Positions 1-7,474 of a DNA stretch of 64,000 nucleotides are shown one piece after another. Within the stretch, counting starts at the first letter, position 1. Each line of letters starts with the position of its first letter. This stretch comes from an uncultured virus (IMG/VR IMGVR_UViG_3300030106_005234) (taxonomy: Duplodnaviria; Heunggongvirae; Uroviricota; Caudoviricetes), in IMG/VR virus record IMGVR_UViG_3300030106_005234. One strand, written 5' to 3'. Under the pieces are notes generated by a model. It did no database searches, was not told where the DNA came from, and saw only the letters and a list, made by a program, of their open reading frames with translations. Position numbers and translations under genes: made by a program.

Positions 1-3000
1 GTCTCTATCACCGTACCTGCTACGCCTATCCCAATAGTAGGTAACTGGCTCTAACGCTTTTACAAAGTCTAGACCAATAGATAATTCTTGAAAGTCTGTT
101 TTGTCTCGCTCGTCAGAAGTTGAAATTGAAGTATCTTGACAAAAAAGAGCATTAACATTCTCATCGCCCAGAATTATATTATTATTTCCTGTTGTGATAT
201 TACCGCCAGGAGAACCTGTTATTCCTGCGGCATGTCCTATAAATGTGTTGTTGGTTCCAGAAGTTAAATTCTTTCCAGACTCGACTCCAATTCCAGTATT
301 GTTATCTCCTGTAACAACCCCCGCTCCCGCAGACGTGTATCCAACAAACGTGTTGGTACTGCCCGTTGTCATTTCGTCGCCAGCATTTCCACCTATGCAG
401 GTGTTGCCAGTACCAGTGCTGATGTCGTTACCAGCTTGGTATCCCACAGCAGTGTTGTAAGAACTTGTTGCAGTTGTAAAATTTTGGTTAGTAAGCGCAG
501 CGTACCCAATAGCTACATTACGCTCTCCCAAGGTATCAGCATCTAAAGCAGCATACCCAACGGCTACATTACGGTCAGAATCAGTGAGCTTGTGTCCTGC
601 TAGACCACCTACGAATACGTTATGAACCCCAGTGGTTATATCACCGCCAGAGTCATAGCCAATAGCTACATTGTAATTATTGGTTGCTGTCGTAAAGTTT
701 TGTGTGCCAAGAGCAACGTACCCCAACGCTACGGCTGTGCCGCCTTTAGTATCTGCGCCTAAAGCACCGTATCCCGTTGCAACATTGTAAAGCGGAGTAG
801 TTAGGTTATCCCCAGCAAACGTGCCTACGAGAGTATTTCTAGTCCCCGTAGTAATGTCGTTACCAGCGGCGTAGCCAATGGCTACATTAGCGGCGGTTGT
901 TGCTGTGGCGGTGCTTTGATTTTCAAGAGCAGCATAGCCTACTGCTGTACTTGCGTTGCCAGCAACTTCTGCGGCTAACGCAGCGTGTCCAATGGCAATG
1001 TTGTAATTCGCAGTGGTTGAAACGTGAGCAGCTTTATTGCCAAGAGAAATGTTATATCGGCCCGTTGTGTTATTGTGATTAGCTTCCCACCCAATAGCGA
1101 CATTGTTACTGTCAGTTGCAGTAGTGAAGTTCTGAGCAAGAAGAGCGTTGTATCCAATAGCAATTGAACGACTACCTAACGTATCAGCGCCTAAAGCGAA
1201 TGCCCCTAACGCAACGTTGTAGTCTGCATCTGTAAGTTCATCACCTGTGGAAGCGCCAATTAAGGTATTATTCGTTCCCGTCGAAACGTTATAGCCAGAA
1301 ATGTGTCCAACGGCGACATTATAAACATTTGTTGCCGTCGTAAAGTTCTGTACCCTCAATGCATCGCTACCAATTGCAACGGACCTAGTACCTAAAGTGT
1401 CTGAACCTAACGTGTTATAGCCAAGTCCAACATTAAAACCGCCCTCAGTAAAAGAATCTCCAGAAATAGAACCAATTAAGGTAGATTTAGATGCTGTAGT
1501 AATGCTGTCGCCAGCTTGAAACCCCACAGCGACGTTATTGCTAAGGATTGCGGTTGTGAAATTTTGGCTTCCAAGCGCATTGTAGCCAACAGCGGTTGAA
1601 CGACTTCCTAACGTGTCAGCGGATAAAGCTAAATATCCAACTGCTACGTTAGCATCTGCATCAGTTAAAGCATCACCGGCAAGCGCCCCTAAGATGGTGT
1701 TGCCAGTTCCTGTAGTAATGTCGTTAGCAGCCTGAGAGCCAACGGCTGTGTTGTAACTAGTTGTTGCAGTAGTAAAGTTTTGATTTACTAAAGTTGCATA
1801 ACCAATTGCTGTAGATTGGCTACCTAATGTATCGCTAGATAAAGAATTTATACCCATTGCGACGTTGTAGTCAGCATCCGTAAGAGAGTCTCCTGTAAGA
1901 CCGCCGACTAAAGTGTTTTGAACCCCTGTCGTTATGTTGGTGCCAGATTGATAGCCCACCGCTGTATTGTAAGAGTCTGTTGCGGTAGTGAAGTTTTGCA
2001 TCACCAAGGTTGCATAACCCAAAGCAACTGAACGGCTTCCCAGCGTATCTGACGTTAAAGCTGTTGCTCCTAACGCAACGTTGTAGTCAGCATCGGTAAG
2101 TGCGTCACCTGCGATATTTCCAATTAAAGTATTAGAAACACCAGAAGTAACAGCCCCACCAGCAACATAGCCCACCGCTGTATTGCTGTCGCCAGTTGCT
2201 GCATCAAGAACATTAGACCCCACTGCTGTGTTGTATTGACCAGTTTGGTTAGACAGTAGGGCGTATCTACCTATTGCGGTGTTGTAATCCCCAGTTGTTA
2301 CATTTGATCCTGCAAAAGCTCCCACAAAAGTTGAATACTGTGCGGTAGTAACATCAAGTCCAGCTTCGTACCCAACAGCAACATTTTCACTATTTGTTGC
2401 TGTCGTAAAGTTTTGAACCTTTAACGCATTGTAGCCAATAGCAGTTGAACGACTTCCCAGTGTATCGCTAGTTAAAGCCTGTGCCCCTAACGCAGTATTA
2501 TAATCAGCATCAGTTAAAGCATCGCCAGCAATACTGCCCACTAAAGTGTTGTATCGCCCCGTTGTGATGTCGTTACCAACTTGGTATCCAACAGCGGTAT
2601 TGTGGCTGTTTGTCGCGGTAGTGAAATTTTGATTTTCAAGAGTAGACCAACCTATTGCGGTAGAAAGAGAGCCTTGCGTATCTGATCCTAAAGCACGGTT
2701 GCCCACTGCTGTGTTGTAATCAGCATCAGTTAAAGCATCACCAGCAATACCACCTACGATGGTGTTTTGAGCTCCTGTGGTAATGTCATTGCCCGCATGA
2801 TATCCAACCGCTACGTTGTAATTGTTAGTCGAGGTCGTGAAATTTTGGTTTTCCAACGCCGCATAACCTACAGCAACTGTGCGAGTTCCTAATGTGTCTG
2901 AGGATAATGCCTGTGCCCCTACCGCTACGTTGTTATCTGAATCTGTAAGGGCATCACCAGCCAAACTGCCTAGTAATGTATTTTTAATTCCGGTGGTTAC

Positions 3001-4626
3001 TTGGTTGCCAGCGTTGTACCCAACACCTACGTTATAACTGTCTGTTGCGGTCGTAAAATTTTGAGTATGAAGAGCAGCGTAACCCACAGCAGTTGAACGA
3101 CCTCCTAATGTGTCATCATTTAGTGCTGTTGATCCTAACGCTGTGTTAAAATCTGTATCAGTAAGTTTTGCGCCTGTTCCACTACCTAAAAGAGTATTAT
3201 GCTGCCCCGTAGTAATGTCGTTACCAGATGCATAGCCCACTGCTACGTTGTGAACGGTTGTGTTCGTTGTAAAATTTTGAGCTTGAAGGGTGCCGTACCC
3301 TACCGCCGTGCTGTAATTTCCCTCAGTATCTGCGGTTAAAGAGTTGTACCCCATTACTGTATTGCCGTGAGCGTCTACTAAAGCGTCAGCCGCTTGGGAA
3401 CCCAAAATACTGTTCTGTATACCTGTTGTGATACTTCCACCAGCACCCCTACCCACAGCAGTATTATGACTAGTCGTTGCTGTCGTAAAATTCTGAGCAT
3501 CAAGAGCGGCATACCCTATTGCAACTGAACCTGAACCCATTGTGTCAGCACTTAGCGCAGCATGGCCTATTGCCACGTTGTAATCTGCATCAGTAAGGGC
3601 ATCACCTGCCGTGGACCCAATTAAAATATTAGCAACACCAGACGTGATAGATAGGCCAGCATCCTTGCCCACGCCTATGTTGTTATTTCCGATTGAATTT
3701 TGGAGGGCGTTATGGCCTACCGCTACATTTTGTATTGCAGTTTGGTTGGACTCTAAAGCATTTATGCCAATCGCGATATTGCTGTCACCAGTCGTAATTG
3801 CCGTGCCAGCATCCTTGCCAATGGTAACGTTATTATTTCCGCCACTCGTAATACTGTCGCCAGCATTTTCACCAATACGCGTGTTATCTGTACCGGCTGT
3901 TGCGGTGATCAGGTCTGCACCGGCCTCAATCGTAGTGTTGCCGCTAATCGCAACAGTGCCGTTGAAATCGAGCGCGGTTGCCGTCAAGTCAATCTCATCC
4001 GTCGCGCCTAACGATAAGACTGTGGCGCTTGATCCTTGTATAAATTGGCTCGCATCGTTGAACATGATCTTGTTGGTGCTGTTCAACGTCAGGCCAGAGC
4101 CGTCTGTGTGGGTTAGCGTGGTATCGGCATCCGCGCCAAAACTAATGACTGCACTGTCGGAAGTGAACGTCAGATCGTCATCGATGAACAGATCAGGAAC
4201 TGACAAATCTTGGAACGCATCGAGCATCGCTGCGCCAGATCCTGCACCGTCCGAATAGATCGCCTTAGTTTGGCCGTTAGCAATCGTAACGTTTGCGCCA
4301 GATCCTTGGCTGATGATGATGCTCTGTGACCCGCTTGTTGCATTCTCTATAAACCACAACTTACTGACGGTATTGGGACCGATGGTTATGGTGCAAGTCG
4401 AGTCTAGGGTGCCAGTATATTTGAGAAAAATGGCGCGTCCAGCATCTGCCGATCCATCAGCAATAGTGGTTGTGTGCGTGTCCGCGTTTGTCGTGATCGC
4501 CTCAGTGCCGTAGCCAAAAGCATCTGCCAAGAGACTGAGGTTGGTATTCGTTGTCGTACCCCAGGTTCCGGAACCTTCTCCGGTGGCCAACTCGGTTAGC
4601 CGCAAGTCGTTGGTGTAAACTGCCAT
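1..4626 (-). CDS. Long tail fibre (>1540 aa, 3' end outside window) with ~15 copies of a 72-aa repeat and a C-terminal peptidase-S74-like chaperone domain
   Basis: ATG at 4626 (MAVYTNDLR...), homologous to the start of 53719..56790. The same frame at positions 1-130 reads SDERDKTDFQELSIGLDFVKALEPVTYYW (S74 motif). QNFTTAT recurs every 216 nt. Absent from the ORF track because it has no stop in the window. Confidence 0.88.
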   Translation of the reverse strand, partial: MAVYTNDLRLTELATGEGSGTWGTTTNTNLSLLADAFGYGTEAITTNADTHTTTIADGSADAGRAIFLKYTGTLDSTCTITIGPNTVSKLWFIENATSGSQSIIISQGSGANVTIANGQTKAIYSDGAGSGAAMLDAFQDLSVPDLFIDDDLTFTSDSAVISFGADADTTLTHTDGSGLTLNSTNKIMFNDASQFIQGSSATVLSLGATDEIDLTATALDFNGTVAISGNTTIEAGADLITATAGTDNTRIGENAGDSITSGGNNNVTIGKDAGTAITTGDSNIAIGINALESNQTAIQNVAVGHNALQNSIGNNNIGVGKDAGLSITSGVANILIGSTAGDALTDADYNVAIGHAALSADTMGSGSVAIGYAALDAQNFTTATTSHNTAVGRGAGGSITTGIQNSILGSQAADALVDAHGNTVMGYNSLTADTEGNYSTAVGYGTLQAQNFTTNTTVHNVAVGYASGNDITTGQHNTLLGSGTGAKLTDTDFNTALGSTALNDDTLGGRSTAVGYAALHTQNFTTATDSYNVGVGYNAGNQVTTGIKNTLLGSLAGDALTDSDNNVAVGAQALSSDTLGTRTVAVGYAALENQNFTTSTNNYNVAVGYHAGNDITTGAQNTIVGGIAGDALTDADYNTAVGNRALGSDTQGSLSTAIGWSTLENQNFTTATNSHNTAVGYQVGNDITTGRYNTLVGSIAGDALTDADYNTALGAQALTSDTLGSRSTAIGYNALKVQNFTTATNSENVAVGYEAGLDVTTAQYSTFVGAFAGSNVTTGDYNTAIGRYALLSNQTGQYNTAVGSNVLDAATGDSNTAVGYVAGGAVTSGVSNTLIGNIAGDALTDADYNVALGATALTSDTLGSRSVALGYATLVMQNFTTATDSYNTAVGYQSGTNITTGVQNTLVGGLTGDSLTDADYNVAMGINSLSSDTLGSQSTAIGYATLVNQNFTTATTSYNTAVGSQAANDITTGTGNTILGALAGDALTDADANVAVGYLALSADTLGSRSTAVGYNALGSQNFTTAILSNNVAVGFQAGDSITTASKSTLIGSISGDSFTEGGFNVGLGYNTLGSDTLGTRSVAIGSDALRVQNFTTATNVYNVAVGHISGYNVSTGTNNTLIGASTGDELTDADYNVALGAFALGADTLGSRSIAIGYNALLAQNFTTATDSNNVAIGWEANHNNTTGRYNISLGNKAAHVSTTANYNIAIGHAALAAEVAGNASTAVGYAALENQSTATATTAANVAIGYAAGNDITTGTRNTLVGTFAGDNLTTPLYNVATGYGALGADTKGGTAVALGYVALGTQNFTTATNNYNVAIGYDSGGDITTGVHNVFVGGLAGHKLTDSDRNVAVGYAALDADTLGERNVAIGYAALTNQNFTTATSSYNTAVGYQAGNDISTGTGNTCIGGNAGDEMTTGSTNTFVGYTSAGAGVVTGDNNTGIGVESGKNLTSGTNNTFIGHAAGITGSPGGNITTGNNNIILGDENVNALFCQDTSISTSDERDKTDFQELSIGLDFVKALEPVTYYWDRRSRYGDRD

Positions 4627-4641
4627 GAATAAATCCTCTAA

Positions 4642-5292
4642 TTATGCCGCTGATCTTCCAGCGTCGATTGCCTCGTAGTTTGGCGACTGACTGGTGCTGA
4701 TTCCCGAAAAACTCGCAGTTTGGCTATCATCTACCAACGAAAAGCTCGGCGACTGACTGGTGCTGATTCCCGAAAAACTCGCAGTTTGGCTGTTATCGAT
4801 GACAGTGTAATTCGGGGTTTGCGAAGTGTCTATGATTCCATAGACGTTCAACCGGCCGACTGACGCAGTCAGGCTAACACCTGACAATTCGACAATCGCA
4901 CCAGCATTAGTTTCCACTGCGCCCACAGCCGACGTGGTCTGTTGTCCATCAACGGATATATTGCCTATACCGGTGATGGTGACCGCGCCAACTCCAGAGG
5001 TGGCGGCAACGCCCGTGGGAGATGCAGTAGCTTCTGCTACGGGGGTAACAGATCCGACTGCTGAGGTTGCTTGAACCCCTGCGCTAATCTCTGTGATAGC
5101 TTGCGCAACAACCTGGATGGATCCAGTAGATGCGGTAGCGGCTTGCCCCGTAGGTACAACATTGGCTGTTAGAGTGATTGAAACGGAGCCAACCGACAGT
5201 GTGGCGCCAAGACCCGCGGGTTCAACCGGTAGGGCAGTACCCCAGGCACCATCGTTCCATGCGCCTCGACCCCACCCGGTGAGATCTGTCAT
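4642..5292 (-). CDS. Putative virion/tail-associated protein (GWGRGxW N-terminus, Ser/Thr/Val-rich)
   Basis: 216-aa ORF directly upstream of the tail fibre; homologue at 56805..57461. Confidence 0.7.
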   Translation of the reverse strand: MTDLTGWGRGAWNDGAWGTALPVEPAGLGATLSVGSVSITLTANVVPTGQAATASTGSIQVVAQAITEISAGVQATSAVGSVTPVAEATASPTGVAATSGVGAVTITGIGNISVDGQQTTSAVGAVETNAGAIVELSGVSLTASVGRLNVYGIIDTSQTPNYTVIDNSQTASFSGISTSQSPSFSLVDDSQTASFSGISTSQSPNYEAIDAGRSAA

Positions 5293-5432
5293 TAGCTAAG
5301 GTCCGTTTTTGCGCTTTCGAGATACGCTTTGATGCTCGTTAATTCTTCGCGCACGGAACCCGTGATAAAGTCGAGCAGCAATATCGAATTTATTTTCGCA
5401 ATTGCAGCTTCTATGTTTTCCAGCGTGGTCAT
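5292..5432 (-). CDS. Small hypothetical protein (46 aa)
   Basis: Manual translation MTTLENIEAAIAKINSILLLDFITGSVREELTSIKAYLESAKTDLS; syntenic homologue at 57462..57596. Confidence 0.65.
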   Translation of the reverse strand: MTTLENIEAAIAKINSILLLDFITGSVREELTSIKAYLESAKTDLS

Positions 5433-5476
5433 TATGCTAGCCCTATGTTCCTAGCATTATAACCTATAAAGCGCAA

Positions 5477-6274
5477 CTAGGAAGCTAACCCTTGAAACTT
5501 GCGGTTAAGGATTTTCACAACCTTGTTTGGCGAAAAATTTTCATAGCCTGGGTGCGTATTGGCAACCTGTTTCGCAATACGTCTAGCGCCAAGACCCCGC
5601 TTCTTACACTTTTGTATCGTATTGATGACAGCTTGCTCATCTGGGACTTCCACCAGCTTCTTGCGCGTTTTCATGCGATTGCCTTGCGGCAAGCGCTCTT
5701 CTTCAAACTCAAAGCCAAATGGTGCAGATCCACCGATCGAGTAGCCACGCTGCGCCCAAGCGATTTTGCCTTCCGCAAATTTCTTCTTGGTGTTCTCAAA
5801 CTCCATCTCAGCGACGGCAGACAAAACCATCAACATAATCTGGTTAACCAGGGAGTTCATATCGTACTTAGAATCTAAACCTTTCGCGGCCATCTCTTTC
5901 GGATAGACCACCGGCATGTCGTTGAATTGTTCGCACAGATACAAGGTCACGCCGCTTTCTTCGAGATGCGGAATCGTTTGCAGTAGATCGTTGCAGCTAC
6001 GAGACAATCTGTCGATCCTGGTAGCGATAACAATGTCATACTCATCAATTACATCGGTCATGGCCCGACACTGTTCACGCTCCATGATTGGTACGGTCCC
6101 GGATACGCCGGCATCCACGAACCACTCAGAGATGTCCCGATTAAATTTATCGCGCACAAACTCTGAAATTAGCTCTTGCTGAGTATCGATAGAGATCCCG
6201 TTCTCAGCTTGCTCCGTGGTGGACACTCGGCAGTAGCCGTAGATGTTGCGGATTTGTTTTTTAGGATTACTCAT
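5477..6274 (-). CDS. Serine recombinase (resolvase family) with C-terminal DNA-binding extension
   Basis: YGYCRVST catalytic motif, DAGVSG, RIDRLSRS, GGSAPFGF. Confidence 0.92.
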   Translation of the reverse strand: MSNPKKQIRNIYGYCRVSTTEQAENGISIDTQQELISEFVRDKFNRDISEWFVDAGVSGTVPIMEREQCRAMTDVIDEYDIVIATRIDRLSRSCNDLLQTIPHLEESGVTLYLCEQFNDMPVVYPKEMAAKGLDSKYDMNSLVNQIMLMVLSAVAEMEFENTKKKFAEGKIAWAQRGYSIGGSAPFGFEFEEERLPQGNRMKTRKKLVEVPDEQAVINTIQKCKKRGLGARRIAKQVANTHPGYENFSPNKVVKILNRKFQGLAS

Positions 6275-6524
6275 AAAACTCTCCAGACAATAATAAATGC
6301 TCCCGCTCTTTATCTAAAAAGTCGTGTAGGTCTTGCGGGTCTTGAGATTCGTTGGCTAAAAATTGTTCGACATAACTAGCGACAGTGATGTCTTTTGGTT
6401 TGATCTTTTCAATCACTTCAACTTCTAACTCACTGAGTTCCATAAGGCGATACCGTATACCGCTGCCATGCCCCCTAATTAATGGGGGGCTTCCTGGCTC
6501 ATAGTCATGAACTAAAAGTTTCAT
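6267..6524 (-). CDS. Hypothetical protein
   Basis: 85-aa ORF overlapping both neighbours in an operon-like arrangement. Confidence 0.55.
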   Translation of the reverse strand: MKLLVHDYEPGSPPLIRGHGSGIRYRLMELSELEVEVIEKIKPKDITVASYVEQFLANESQDPQDLHDFLDKEREHLLLSGEFYE

Positions 6525-6751
6525 TTATTACCCCCCACGAATCCATACTTGGTCAGCTCTTCATGAATTCGCTGCCAGTTAATGTCAAGAGGAAGACGAC
6601 CCTCAGCATAATCGCCCAGTAACAGCTGCCCGTCTTTGAGCAGCTGCACTGAGCGCCAGTTGCGTGGCGCACCGTCAAACTCAATATCAATATCATGCTT
6701 GAGGCAGGTACGTCTGACCCTGTTATAAAAACGCTTCTTTTCGGTAACCAT
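6521..6751 (-). CDS. Hypothetical protein
   Basis: Homologue at 58693..58926 (FYNRVRRTCLKHDIDI conserved). Confidence 0.8.
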   Translation of the reverse strand: MVTEKKRFYNRVRRTCLKHDIDIEFDGAPRNWRSVQLLKDGQLLLGDYAEGRLPLDINWQRIHEELTKYGFVGGNK

Positions 6752-6981
6752 TAGGCCACCTTCCTTCTGTAACTTTCCAAGCGCCCCTGCCTACACTCCC
6801 AAGCCATCAGCCTGACGCTGTAACGATCAAGAGCATCACCCTCCAGCTCGCAACGACCATTCTTTATCTGCCAAGCAAGACCAGCCAAAACTTCCGTCTT
6901 TGTAAAGTCGATTGGGTACTGGTCGCTTTTTTTGGATGCCATGCATCGGGCTACAAAATTTTGGGTTTCAACATTGTTCAT
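6751..6981 (-). CDS. Hypothetical early-type protein
   Basis: ATG at 6981 preceded by AACCGGAGA RBS and a promoter. Confidence 0.65.
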   Translation of the reverse strand: MNNVETQNFVARCMASKKSDQYPIDFTKTEVLAGLAWQIKNGRCELEGDALDRYSVRLMAWECRQGRLESYRRKVA

Positions 6982-7013
6982 TTTTTTCTCCGGTTTCGTG
7001 AATGACAATTACC

Positions 7014-7094
7014 ATTATACGCATAGCGTGTCGTAGCACAAGTCTATGTGCATATATATACGAAATGGTAATTAGACACGGAATGTGGTAAGAT
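7014..7094. promoter_or_regulatory. Divergent pair of sigma70-like promoters with GACACG spacer motif
   Basis: Minus: TTGTGC-16-TATAAT (7041-7014). Plus: TGGTAA-17-TAAGAT (7066-7094). Both spacers contain GACACG. Confidence 0.65.
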
Positions 7095-7120
7095 ATGTAT
7101 ACAACACGGAGGAGAATGCC

Positions 7121-7318
7121 ATGAAGACCGAAATCCAAAACCCCACCAAGCGCAAAGTTCGCAACCGCGGCTTTACGCCCGTGCGCTACCACCATGACTC
7201 TGGCATACACTACGGGTGGATCTACAAATTCGGCACCAAATGGAACCACGCACGGTTCCCGAGTTTGGGCAACGTTCGCATCAGCAAAGCTGACATGCGT
7301 TTTGTGAGGGAGCTGTGA
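7121..7318 (+). CDS. Small basic hypothetical protein
   Basis: GGAGGAG RBS, MKTEIQNPTKRK...; close homologue at 59352..59549. Confidence 0.8.
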   Translation: MKTEIQNPTKRKVRNRGFTPVRYHHDSGIHYGWIYKFGTKWNHARFPSLGNVRISKADMRFVREL

Positions 7319-7474
7319 TGACGATGGATTAAATTAAAAGCCTCACCGCCGATTATTTGGGAACTAACTGGTTGTGCGGCCAGCCAGGGGATTTTCGGCG
7401 GGTGAGGCACCTCGGAGCTACAGAGGCGAAGACAGTATACCAGAGGGTTGCAGTGCGTGTGAAGCGCGGCAGAT

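Noticed and set aside
194..4513. Plus-strand ORFs over the fibre gene, and similar antisense ORFs across the window
   Set aside because: Shadow frames of longer minus-strand genes that carry recognisable motifs.
1..6274. Gin/Cin-type invertible tail-fibre cassette
   Set aside because: No inverted repeats or opposite-strand fibre C-terminus seen in the window.
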